From positions 630,001-662,000 of the forward strand of contig NZ_CP060530.1 in assembly GCF_016806735.1 (NCBI RefSeq): 32,000 nt of DNA, read 5' to 3'. Below the pieces are notes generated by a model, which ran no database searches, had not been told where the DNA came from, and worked only from the letters and a program-made list of their open reading frames with translations. The DNA comes from Candidatus Micrarchaeum sp. GTDB taxonomy: Archaea; Micrarchaeota; Micrarchaeia; Micrarchaeales; Micrarchaeaceae. Below, one piece after another: positions 22,630-31,394 of this stretch. A program made the position numbers and the translations under genes. Position 1 is the stretch's first letter. The number at the start of each line of letters is the position of its first letter.

Positions 22630-23700
22630 ATGTTGAAGGACGCTTTTAGCGCTACGATAAAGTACATGCAGGTAATGGATGAAAACGGCTCAATAGATCA
22701 GCAGCTCATGCCGAATGATTTGCAGGACCAAGAGCTTGTAGGATTTTACAAGATGATGAATCTTGCAAGAAACTTGGATGCCAAGGCGCTGAGCCTCCAG
22801 AGGCAGGGAAAATTGGCCACATATGCGCCCCTTATTGGAGAGGAAGCCACGCAGATAGGCAGTGCAATGGCAATGCGTCAGAATGATTTTGCAGTGCCCA
22901 ACTTCAGGCAGCACGGAGTTTATATAGCAAGAGGGCTTCCACTGGAGCAGTTCTTCGTGTATTGGAAAGGATATGAAGAAGGTGCAATAATAGACAAAAA
23001 GCTCAACATGACCCCGGTGATAGTTCCAGTGGCTACGCAGATGCCGCACGCCGCTGGCATAGCGTTCGCGAAGAAGTATATGAAAGAGGATTCTGTAGTA
23101 GTAGCATACGTTGGCGATGGGGGCACTTCTGAAGGCGATTTCTACGAAGCAATAAATTTTGCTGGAGTTTTCAAGGTACCGCTAGTTGTCATAATAGAGA
23201 ACAACCAGTGGGCCATATCAGTGCCAAGGTCGGAGCAGACTGCGGCCCAGACGCTTGCACAGAAGGCAGTTGCAGCAGGCATAGACTCGATACAGGTAGA
23301 CGGCAACGACGTAGTTGCAGTGTACAAGGCAACGCGAGACGCAATAGAAAGCGCGCGTTCGGGCAAGCCTTATGTTATAGAATGCTTGACATACAGGATG
23401 AGCATGCACACCACTTCCGACGACCCGACAAAGTACAGGGAGGACTCGGAGGTTGAAGCGTGGAAGAAGCGCGATCCGATAGCTAGGCTCGGGACTTACC
23501 TCAGGGCAAAGGGGCTTTGGGACGATTCCAAGGAGAACGCGCTTAAAGACGAGCAGCTGAAAAGCATAGACGAAGCGCTTGCAAAGGCTGACGAATTCAG
23601 GCCTGACCCAGACTCCGTATTCAAGAATGTGTATTCACAGATGCCAAAGATTCTGGAAGAGCAGCTTGAAAACGCTAAGAATAGCAATTATTGGCAATAG
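22630..23700 (+). CDS. 2-oxoacid dehydrogenase E1 component, alpha subunit (TPP-binding)
   Basis: 356 aa with YVGDGGTSEGDFYEAINFAGVFKVPLVVIIENNQWAIS, the GDG..N TPP motif. GGTGTTTGA lies immediately before the ATG. Confidence 0.9.
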   Translation: MLKDAFSATIKYMQVMDENGSIDQQLMPNDLQDQELVGFYKMMNLARNLDAKALSLQRQGKLATYAPLIGEEATQIGSAMAMRQNDFAVPNFRQHGVYIARGLPLEQFFVYWKGYEEGAIIDKKLNMTPVIVPVATQMPHAAGIAFAKKYMKEDSVVVAYVGDGGTSEGDFYEAINFAGVFKVPLVVIIENNQWAISVPRSEQTAAQTLAQKAVAAGIDSIQVDGNDVVAVYKATRDAIESARSGKPYVIECLTYRMSMHTTSDDPTKYREDSEVEAWKKRDPIARLGTYLRAKGLWDDSKENALKDEQLKSIDEALAKADEFRPDPDSVFKNVYSQMPKILEEQLENAKNSNYWQ

Positions 23701-23708
23701 GTGGCATT

Positions 23709-24680
23709 ATGGCAATGATGAACATGGTCCAGGCAATAAACAATGCACTTGACCTGGCAATGGCCGAAGACAAAAGAGTAGTGCTTCTTGGGGAGGACAT
23801 AGGAAAGGACGGAGGAGTGTTCAGGGTTACGGATGGGCTTGTAGACAAGTACACCAAAGACAGGGTGATAGATACGCCCCTGGCAGAATCCAGCATAATA
23901 GGCACATCCATAGGGATGGCCATAGCCGGGCTCAAGCCGGTGCCTGAGATACAGTTCGCAGGCTTTATGTACCTCGGATATTCACAGATAGTAAACCACG
24001 CGGCAAGGTACAGATCCAGGACAAGGTCCAATGTATCGCTGCCAATGGTAATAAGAACCCCGGTGAGCGGAGGCGTAAAGACATTGGAACACCATTCCGA
24101 AAGCCCGGAAGCAGAATATTCGCATGTGGGTGGCTTGGTTGTGGTCGAGCCATCGACGCCTTACGACGCAAAGGGCCTTTTTACAAGCGCAATACACGGC
24201 AATGACCCGGTATTGTTCCTGGAACCGACAAAGCTCTACAGGCTGTTCAAGCAGGAGGTGCCCGAGGAAATGTTCGAGGTTCCGATAGGAAAGGCCAGGA
24301 CCGTAAGAGAAGGAGAGGATATTACGATAATAACGTATGGAACCATGGTAAACGTCGTGGAAAAGGCTCTTGAAAAAAAGCCAGGAATAAGTGCAGAGGT
24401 TCTTGACCTAAGGACAATAAATCCGCTTGACGAAGATGCAATAGTCGATGCAGCCAAGAAGACTGGCAAGGTCATAATAGTGCATGAGGCTCCGATGAGC
24501 TTCGGAGTCGGAGCAGAGGTTTCTGCAATAATAGCCGACAAGGCGATATACGAGATAGACGCACCAATAACACGCATAACGTCTCCGAGCCTGCCCTATC
24601 CGATGCCGGGCTATGAGAATTATTACCTGCCAAACGAAAAGAGAGTAATAGAAGCGATCGAGAGGCTTTTGGAAATGTGA
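23709..24680 (+). CDS. 2-oxoacid dehydrogenase E1 component, beta subunit
   Basis: MAMMNMVQAINNALDLAMAEDKRVVLLGEDIG...DTPLAESSIIG... is a typical E1-beta N-terminus. AGGTGG at 23699-23704 favours ATG 23709 over the track TTG at 23691. Confidence 0.9.
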   Translation: MAMMNMVQAINNALDLAMAEDKRVVLLGEDIGKDGGVFRVTDGLVDKYTKDRVIDTPLAESSIIGTSIGMAIAGLKPVPEIQFAGFMYLGYSQIVNHAARYRSRTRSNVSLPMVIRTPVSGGVKTLEHHSESPEAEYSHVGGLVVVEPSTPYDAKGLFTSAIHGNDPVLFLEPTKLYRLFKQEVPEEMFEVPIGKARTVREGEDITIITYGTMVNVVEKALEKKPGISAEVLDLRTINPLDEDAIVDAAKKTGKVIIVHEAPMSFGVGAEVSAIIADKAIYEIDAPITRITSPSLPYPMPGYENYYLPNEKRVIEAIERLLEM

Positions 24681-24690
24681 GGTGCTCTTA

Positions 24691-25926
24691 ATGGACGAGA
24701 TAAAATTCGTTGATATTGGGGAAGGCATAACAGAGGGGCATATACAAAAATGGCTCGTGGCAGACATGTCAGACGTGAAGGAGGATCAGCCGGTTGCGCA
24801 GGTGGAAACGGACAAGGCAGTAGTAAGCATACCTGCCCCATCTTCCGGAAAGATAAGAATAATGGCAAAGGAGGGCACTGACGTAAAGGTAGGAGATGTA
24901 ATGGCTTATGTCGGCAGCTCTGCCGAGCTAAATAACGCTGGAACTTCTGCAGCCAAAAATAATGCAAATGCCGATGCCGGAACCAAAAAGGCCAAACCTT
25001 CTGAACCTATGCCAAATACGACGGCAGAGCCACAGTCGCAAAGGCACGTGCTAGCACCGCCTTCGGTTAGGCATCTGGCCGAAAGCATGGGTATAGACAT
25101 TTCAAAAATCAAGGGCTCAGGCCCTGATGGCAGGATAACCGAAGCGGACGTGAAAGCTTATTCAGGGAACAAGACGCAGGAACCTGCGCAGCAGTCCGGA
25201 GCCCAAATCGCAAATGTGCAGGCAGGGAGCACAGAACGCGTTCCTCTGTCACAGACGAGAAAGGCGATAGCGAAGAACATGGAGCTTTCATGGCAGATAC
25301 CAAGGGCATCGCACATGGACCTGATAGATGCCAGCACGATATATTCGATAGTGCAGAAGGAGAAGGAAAAATCCCTCAAGCAGCTCAACGTCAAGCTGTC
25401 GTATCTGCCCTTCATAATAAAGGCGGCAGTGGAAGCGCTAAAGGAAAACCCGCGCTTCAACGCAAGCTATGACAGGGACAAGCAGGAGGTAGTGATAAAG
25501 AAATATTACAATATAGGCCTGGCTGCAGAGGCCAAAGACGGCCTCAAGGTCATGGTTATAAAGGACAGCGACAAGAAGAGCATAATTGAAATAGCCAAGG
25601 AAATAGACTCGCTTCACAAAAAGGTGCTCGACCAGACGATATCATTGGCAGAGATGAGGGATACGAGCTTCACAATAACCAACGTGGGCAGCTTGGGAGG
25701 AGGCTTTCTGGCAATACCTATGATAAACTATCCCGACGTAGCCATACTTGGAATTACCCTCTTAAGGGACATGCCGGTAGTAAAGGACGGTGCAATTGTC
25801 GTCGGAAAGGTGCTTCCGTTTACGGTGACGTTCGACCACAGGGTTGTCGACGGTGCCGAAGCGGTAAAGTTCGGAAACGCGTTCAAGGGCTATATGGAGG
25901 ACCCTGAATTCTTGGATATGCTTTGA
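24691..25926 (+). CDS. dihydrolipoamide acyltransferase (E2)
   Basis: The lipoyl domain carries VETDKAVVSIPAP. An Ala/Asn-rich linker follows. The E1/E3-binding domain is PSVRHLAESMGIDISKIKGSGPDGRITEADV. The catalytic motif is DHRVVDG. GAGGTG lies 6 nt before ATG 24691. Confidence 0.9.
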   Translation: MDEIKFVDIGEGITEGHIQKWLVADMSDVKEDQPVAQVETDKAVVSIPAPSSGKIRIMAKEGTDVKVGDVMAYVGSSAELNNAGTSAAKNNANADAGTKKAKPSEPMPNTTAEPQSQRHVLAPPSVRHLAESMGIDISKIKGSGPDGRITEADVKAYSGNKTQEPAQQSGAQIANVQAGSTERVPLSQTRKAIAKNMELSWQIPRASHMDLIDASTIYSIVQKEKEKSLKQLNVKLSYLPFIIKAAVEALKENPRFNASYDRDKQEVVIKKYYNIGLAAEAKDGLKVMVIKDSDKKSIIEIAKEIDSLHKKVLDQTISLAEMRDTSFTITNVGSLGGGFLAIPMINYPDVAILGITLLRDMPVVKDGAIVVGKVLPFTVTFDHRVVDGAEAVKFGNAFKGYMEDPEFLDML

Positions 25927-25936
25927 GGTGTGCATG

Positions 25937-27310
25937 ATGGTAATGGGAGAGGTTCCCGAAGAGGTCGACATTGCAGTAATAGGCGGAGGGGTAGGAGGTT
26001 ATACCGCAGCCATAAGGGCCGCAGAGCTTGGGAAGAGCGTTGTCCTTATCGAAAAGGAAAAGCTCGGGGGCCACTGCCTGAATTATGCGTGCATACCGTC
26101 TAAGACGCTCATACACATATCTGACATATTTTATGATTCAACGCATTCGCAGAAATTCGGGATCAACGCAGAAAAGGTAACAATAGACGCAAAAAAGATG
26201 CTGGAATGGCGCGTTGGAGTTTCTACGAAGCTGGAAAACGGCGTCGCGTTCCTTTGCAAGCAGAACAGGATAGACGTGCTCAAAGGGGAAGGCACCTTCA
26301 TAGAAAGAAACAGGATACAGGTAACGGATGGCACTGAGGTCATATTCAAAAAGGCGATAATAGCGACAGGATCGGAGCCTGCAGAGCTAAGCAGCATGGT
26401 TTTCAATGGCAAGACAATTATTGATTATAAGCAGGCGCTGCTGCTGGACCACATACCGAAGGAGATGGCGATAATAGGGGCCGGATACGTTGCTGTTGAA
26501 ATAAGCACAATGTACGCAAAGCTTGGATCCAAGGTGCATGTTATAGCAAGGTCGGACGTACTCTCAAAGTTCGACAGGGATGCAGTATCGATAGTCAAGA
26601 AGCACATGCAGAAGCTCGGAATAACCATACATGCAGGAGCCAACCCGAAAGCTTATGCCAACGGAAATCTGGAGCTCGACAACGGGGAGTCGATAAGCGC
26701 AGATGTGGTGGTAGTCGCGATAGGCCTGCGCCCCTTTTCCGATGGGCTTGGCACGCAGACAGCAGGAGTTGAAACGGACAGCAAAGGATTTGTGAAAGTC
26801 AACGAAAAGCTCCAGACGTCTAACCCTGATATATACGCAATTGGAGACGTAGTGGGGGAGCCGATGCTTGCCCATAAATCAATGCGCCAGGGCGTCGTAT
26901 CTGCGGAGAATGCAGCTGGCCTCGGAAGCAGCTTTGACAGCCTTGTCATACCTGCAGTGATATTTTCTGATCCTGAAATAGCCATTGCCGGAAGCGTAGA
27001 GGAAAAGGAAGGCATAAAAGTCAAGAAGTTCCCATTAAGCGCACTAGGAAGAGCCATAGCCCTTGATGAAACCGATGGATTTGCAAAAATAGCATATGAT
27101 TCAGACAACATAGTAGTAGGAATAGAACTTGTATCTCCTGATGCCAACGCAGCCATAACCGAAGCTGCCCTGGCAATAGAAATGGGTGCAACGCTTGAAG
27201 ATATAGCAGACACAATACACCCGCATCCGACCTACAGCGAATCGATAAAGGAAGTTGCCGAAGCCGCATTGGGCAGGCCGATACATTTCTTTTATGGTGC
27301 GGGCACATGA
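25937..27310 (+). CDS. lpdA: dihydrolipoamide dehydrogenase (E3)
   Basis: Motifs are GGGVGGYTAA, the redox-active CLNYACIPSK disulfide, and a C-terminal HPHPTYSE His-Glu dyad. GAGGTG at 25925-25930 favours ATG 25937, though 25934 is also possible. Confidence 0.9.
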   Translation: MVMGEVPEEVDIAVIGGGVGGYTAAIRAAELGKSVVLIEKEKLGGHCLNYACIPSKTLIHISDIFYDSTHSQKFGINAEKVTIDAKKMLEWRVGVSTKLENGVAFLCKQNRIDVLKGEGTFIERNRIQVTDGTEVIFKKAIIATGSEPAELSSMVFNGKTIIDYKQALLLDHIPKEMAIIGAGYVAVEISTMYAKLGSKVHVIARSDVLSKFDRDAVSIVKKHMQKLGITIHAGANPKAYANGNLELDNGESISADVVVVAIGLRPFSDGLGTQTAGVETDSKGFVKVNEKLQTSNPDIYAIGDVVGEPMLAHKSMRQGVVSAENAAGLGSSFDSLVIPAVIFSDPEIAIAGSVEEKEGIKVKKFPLSALGRAIALDETDGFAKIAYDSDNIVVGIELVSPDANAAITEAALAIEMGATLEDIADTIHPHPTYSESIKEVAEAALGRPIHFFYGAGT

Positions 27311-28068
27311 TCTTCGAAGATTTGGATTCCAGAATGGTAGAAACGCAGTATGGAAGAATTCACGCATTGACGCATCTGAACGAAGGCGCAAAGCAAGTTT
27401 TCGTGTTCCTTCATGGACTCAGGGCTGATGCCCGCTCATGGAAAAGGCTTATCCCATACCTTGATGACGATTGGGAAATAGTCTTGCTCGACATGATGGG
27501 CCATGGCGAATCCGACGCGCCGCACATAGATTATACGCCAGACATGCAGGCAAAAGCAGTTTCCGGGGCTGTTTCAAAGCTAGTATCGGGAAGCTATGTC
27601 CTTATCGGCAATTCGTACGGCGGATGGATAGCCGCTTTTGGCGCTGCCAATGGAATTTATGGAGATAAGATTTCCGGGATTGTGCTTGAAGACGCTGCCG
27701 GACTAAGAGAAGAAATGAATGACACGATGAAATCCATTACCTATGACGAATTCTACGGCATGCAGATGAAAAAGTTGAGCATGCTCAACAGGGACGAAGT
27801 CAAAGGCAGCACGGATTATGTGGTAAGCAGCATAATAGGCGCAGATAAGGAAAAGTACCTCTTGGGCAGGGAGGAGCTTGGGCGCATAAAGGCAAGATGC
27901 ACGATAGTCTGGGGCACTGACGACAGAACAATAGACAAAAAATATGCCAGCTATTTCAACAGTTACATAAAGGGATCAGAGCTGGTTTTTATAGAAGGAG
28001 GAGGCCATGTGCCACACTTTTCAAAGCCTTCCGAATTTGCCAATGTCCTGAAAAGATTCACGGTCTAG
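27307..28068 (+). CDS. alpha/beta-fold hydrolase, coupled to the E3 gene
   Basis: 253 aa. Motifs are HGLRADARSW, the nucleophile elbow GNSYGG and a C-terminal GGGHVPH. Its ATG overlaps the E3 TGA (ATGA at 27307-27310). Confidence 0.8.
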   Translation: MIFEDLDSRMVETQYGRIHALTHLNEGAKQVFVFLHGLRADARSWKRLIPYLDDDWEIVLLDMMGHGESDAPHIDYTPDMQAKAVSGAVSKLVSGSYVLIGNSYGGWIAAFGAANGIYGDKISGIVLEDAAGLREEMNDTMKSITYDEFYGMQMKKLSMLNRDEVKGSTDYVVSSIIGADKEKYLLGREELGRIKARCTIVWGTDDRTIDKKYASYFNSYIKGSELVFIEGGGHVPHFSKPSEFANVLKRFTV

Positions 28069-28081
28069 CAACTAGGATATT

Positions 28082-28105
28082 ATTGCAGGCAGCGGCATCT
28101 GCAAT
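28082..28105. terminator. hairpin between convergent genes
   Basis: A 7-bp stem pairs ATTGCAG with CTGCAAT, with a 10-nt loop. It sits in the 38-nt gap between the stops of the hydrolase gene and 28107..28973. Confidence 0.3.
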
Positions 28106-28106
28106 T

Positions 28107-28973
28107 TCATGCCCTGAGAAGTTTTTCTATGCCATCGAGCCCATAGCGGAACTCCTTGAGTCCATACCTTACTTCTGATCCATCAACGTTCGCATGCGAC
28201 ATTATCTTGGTAAGCTTGCCTTCCAGTGCGTCAAGCTTGTTTGGTATTTTTTCTGAAATTATTTTTTGGTACTGCCTGTAGTTTTTATCTGATTTCATGT
28301 GTGCCAAGGACCTGTCCGAATCCGCAATCAGCAGTGCAGAGTTTACCCTTTCTATGCTTTTGAGGAGATAGTCTGCTGTGGCCGCAACAGTATCTGGCAC
28401 ATTAAAGGTGTCTGCATTGCAAAACAGGGCTATCAAAGCGCTTCGGGCCCTGGTATTTGTAAACACCAGCGGGTTTATGCTTGTTGCTAGGGTGAAAGAT
28501 ATGTCCGCAACCTTGACGTTAATGCCGCTCTGCTCCATATGGACTTCTATTGCATCTGTGAATAGCTCCGTGCCAAAAGGTATTGGGCCGAGCCCGCCAG
28601 AAGGAATGAATATGTCTGTATCCGGATATGCCTTGTCACGGTATACCGGGAATGGAGAATAGTGCGTTACGTTTTCATAACCTAGCTTGCCCTCTATCAT
28701 TACCGCTTTTACCTTGTCCACCATCTTGTCCTTTTTCATATCCGGAAAAGCCTTGCGTGCATCCGCATCATGCATTATTACGTCTATGTCTATCGAAGGC
28801 CTTAGATAGTTTGAAAGCTTTTCCGGTATGAGAACCTTTTTGCCCGAGCCTCCATCCAGCAGCATTTCCGTGCCTGCCGAAGCCTTTACTGCAGTTTCGG
28901 TAAGCTCAAGCTCGTGAAGATGCGGCTTTGCCTCAAGGCAGCACTTTAAGTCGTTGACTATTTTCTTTTGCAT
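28107..28973 (-). CDS. nucleotidyltransferase-fold protein, possibly AbiEii/DUF1814-like
   Basis: 288 aa. LLDGGSGKKVLIPEKLSNYLRPSIDIDVIM gives a G[GS] motif followed by DxD, and a further acidic DTDIF follows. The C-terminal half is helical. The family assignment rests on motif memory only. Confidence 0.45.
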   Translation of the reverse strand: MQKKIVNDLKCCLEAKPHLHELELTETAVKASAGTEMLLDGGSGKKVLIPEKLSNYLRPSIDIDVIMHDADARKAFPDMKKDKMVDKVKAVMIEGKLGYENVTHYSPFPVYRDKAYPDTDIFIPSGGLGPIPFGTELFTDAIEVHMEQSGINVKVADISFTLATSINPLVFTNTRARSALIALFCNADTFNVPDTVAATADYLLKSIERVNSALLIADSDRSLAHMKSDKNYRQYQKIISEKIPNKLDALEGKLTKIMSHANVDGSEVRYGLKEFRYGLDGIEKLLRA

Positions 28974-29112
28974 CCTATCGCAGAGAAGTTGTGCATACCT
29001 AACTAATTTAAGCCTTCTCTATAATTTTTGACAAATTACCTTTGCAGCAGCATCCGTTCCAATAAAGTTTATAGTTATTTATTTTTTATAAGGTATAGAT
29101 TTTAGTGGTTGT

Positions 29113-30441
29113 TTGATACCCGTATTGGATTTTGACAGATTCCTAATGGGATTTTCGCTGGGCGTGCACATAATACTGGCCGTGATAGGCATAGCCCTGC
29201 CAGCCATAATAGTTGCTGCAGAAGTTGTAGGGATAAAGCGAAAGGATCCTTATTACACCAGGATAGCGAAAAGGCTTACAACCATGCTGATAGTCTTCTT
29301 CGCAGTTGGCACTGCTTCGGGAACTCTTGTGGCGCTTGAGCTGCTTTTCTTATGGCCTAAATTCATGGTCTTAGTTGGGCATGTCGCAATACTTACGCTT
29401 TACATAGAGGTTTTTGCGTTCTTCCTGGAAGCGATATTCCTTGGTGTATACGTATACTCATGGGACAAGTTCAAAAATCGCTATGCGCACGCTTTTACTG
29501 GCGTTCTCGTAGCCTTGGGCGCTGTTCTTTCAGCTGTATTCATAACGATGTTGAATGCGTTCATGAATACACCGGTAGGCTTTAACATACCTGAATATTT
29601 GAAAAGTGGCATAATAGCTGACGTGCACCCCTTGGCAGTCCTTGCAACACCTTCCACCTTGATAGAAGTTGCTCACGTTGTATCTACGTCATACTTTGCA
29701 GGCGGCTTCATATTCATATTGTATTTCGCTTACAGAATGCTGAAAAGCGAGGGAGACGAAAGATTGCATTACAGGAAGGGATTGAACATTGCATTCAGCC
29801 TTACGCTCATAGCAACGTTCTTCGCAGTCATAACCGGAATACTTTCAATATCCGGTCTTTACAGCTTCCAGCCCGAGAAATATGCGGCGATGGAGCTTGA
29901 CCTTTATCCGACTACGCACGCGCCCGAGCTGCTCGGAGGATTCTATTCCAACGGCACAATAACCGGAGTTATAGCCAGCGTACCCGGGCTGCAGAGCTTC
30001 CTTGCAACCGGAAGCGTTAACGGATCTGTGCCCGGCCTATCTTCTTATCCAAAAAGCACATGGCCTCCGCTGATAGTTCATTTCATGTTTGATACCATAG
30101 TGGGGCTTGGATTCGGATTTGGGCTCTTTATGCTGGTCGTATTCTTAATGCTGATATTCAAAATGCACCCATTCGACAGGAAATGGATGCTTATGCTACT
30201 AATCATAGCTGCTGTTGTAGGCGTATTCCTTCTGGAACTGGGATGGGCTACCGCTGAGATAGGCAGGCAGCCATGGATAGTCTACAACGTGCTCCTCGTT
30301 TCCCAAGCGGCCAACACTTCGCCTTCAATAATACCGTTGGCCATATTCTTCGTGGCGTTCTATCTCATAGTATTGCCATTCACAGTATTGGTGATAAAAA
30401 GGCTGCTCAGGGACAGGCCAGTATCGAAAGAACAGGTGTAA
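29113..30441 (+). CDS. cydA: cytochrome bd-type quinol oxidase subunit I
   Basis: 442 aa and polytopic. With the TTG start, the conserved heme-ligand His falls at residue 19. The GRQPW motif (AEIGRQPWIVYNVL) is present. The Q-loop is short. Confidence 0.9.
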   Translation: MIPVLDFDRFLMGFSLGVHIILAVIGIALPAIIVAAEVVGIKRKDPYYTRIAKRLTTMLIVFFAVGTASGTLVALELLFLWPKFMVLVGHVAILTLYIEVFAFFLEAIFLGVYVYSWDKFKNRYAHAFTGVLVALGAVLSAVFITMLNAFMNTPVGFNIPEYLKSGIIADVHPLAVLATPSTLIEVAHVVSTSYFAGGFIFILYFAYRMLKSEGDERLHYRKGLNIAFSLTLIATFFAVITGILSISGLYSFQPEKYAAMELDLYPTTHAPELLGGFYSNGTITGVIASVPGLQSFLATGSVNGSVPGLSSYPKSTWPPLIVHFMFDTIVGLGFGFGLFMLVVFLMLIFKMHPFDRKWMLMLLIIAAVVGVFLLELGWATAEIGRQPWIVYNVLLVSQAANTSPSIIPLAIFFVAFYLIVLPFTVLVIKRLLRDRPVSKEQV

Positions 30442-30443
30442 AA

Positions 30444-31394
30444 ATGAGCATAATGTTTTCAATAAATTACCTAATATTTTCCGTTTTCCTTACGCTGTTC
30501 GGGCTTGAAGTTGGAATAGCCATTACCATGCTGCTAGAATATGACAAGCACAAGGACAGGATGAAGCGTTTCCTTATGCCGTTGTGGGAGGTTACCGGGA
30601 CTTTTGCGGTATTTTACCTAGTAAATCTTGAAGCTACGGTACCATCGCTACTGATGCTAGTAGGTACTGTTTTCGTGGTTCCGCTGCTTGTTGCAGCTAT
30701 ATTTTTCATACTGAGGAATGCCTTCCTTTCGTATAGCGAATATATGGGAGACAAACGCTCAGAAAAACGTTATCTGCACGTATACGCAATAGCCACATTA
30801 GTAGTAGCATTTATCGCCATCTCGGTTCTCGACTCTGGAATAAGCGGGATAGGCATAAACGCATCCGCATATTCAATAAATATGCTTAAGATGTTCGCAA
30901 ACTCGTTCAATATACTTATGTTTGTGGGGATAGCGCTTCTTTCCGTTTTTGTTGCCGCAGTATTTTTCGACGTGCGCGAGTACAGATGGTTTACCGGGCT
31001 TGCTGCTGCGCTAGGCATAATTGCGATTGCAATAGCAACCCGCTCCGCGACAGGATACCTGTTTTCCGCAGCGTTGGGCCCTGATCTGCCCTACCTGATA
31101 GGATTGCTGGTGCTTTTGGCAGTAGGGCTTTACCTTTATTATTCCAGGAAAAAATATGCGAAATATGTAGCAGTGCTGTGGTTCCTTCTTGCAGTCAATT
31201 TCTTTGGATTTATGCAGAGCCCTTACTTGCTCGGAGGTGCCGTTGACATAAACAGTTATTTGGCTTCAGGCCCAATGGCATTTTACGTTAATCTCGTAAC
31301 GCTGATTGGAGGCACTATATTGGTGATATCATTGGTTTTTATGGTTTACGTTAGTTATATAAAGAAAGCACAAAGCACAACAGGTAGTTATTAA
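30444..31394 (+). CDS. cydB: cytochrome bd-type quinol oxidase subunit II
   Basis: I chose ATG 30444, with GGTG 5 nt upstream and 2 nt after the cydA stop. The track start at 30273 would overlap cydA. The product is 316 aa and polytopic, and PLWEVTGTFAVFYL resembles the CydB PxW region. Confidence 0.85.
   Translation: MSIMFSINYLIFSVFLTLFGLEVGIAITMLLEYDKHKDRMKRFLMPLWEVTGTFAVFYLVNLEATVPSLLMLVGTVFVVPLLVAAIFFILRNAFLSYSEYMGDKRSEKRYLHVYAIATLVVAFIAISVLDSGISGIGINASAYSINMLKMFANSFNILMFVGIALLSVFVAAVFFDVREYRWFTGLAAALGIIAIAIATRSATGYLFSAALGPDLPYLIGLLVLLAVGLYLYYSRKKYAKYVAVLWFLLAVNFFGFMQSPYLLGGAVDINSYLASGPMAFYVNLVTLIGGTILVISLVFMVYVSYIKKAQSTTGSY

Noticed and set aside
30273-30443. The track gives an upstream extension of the cydB ORF, making it 373 aa.
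   Set aside because: The extension overlaps the cydA 3' end in another frame and translates to non-membrane junk. ATG 30444 has GGTG 5 nt upstream and begins the first transmembrane helix.
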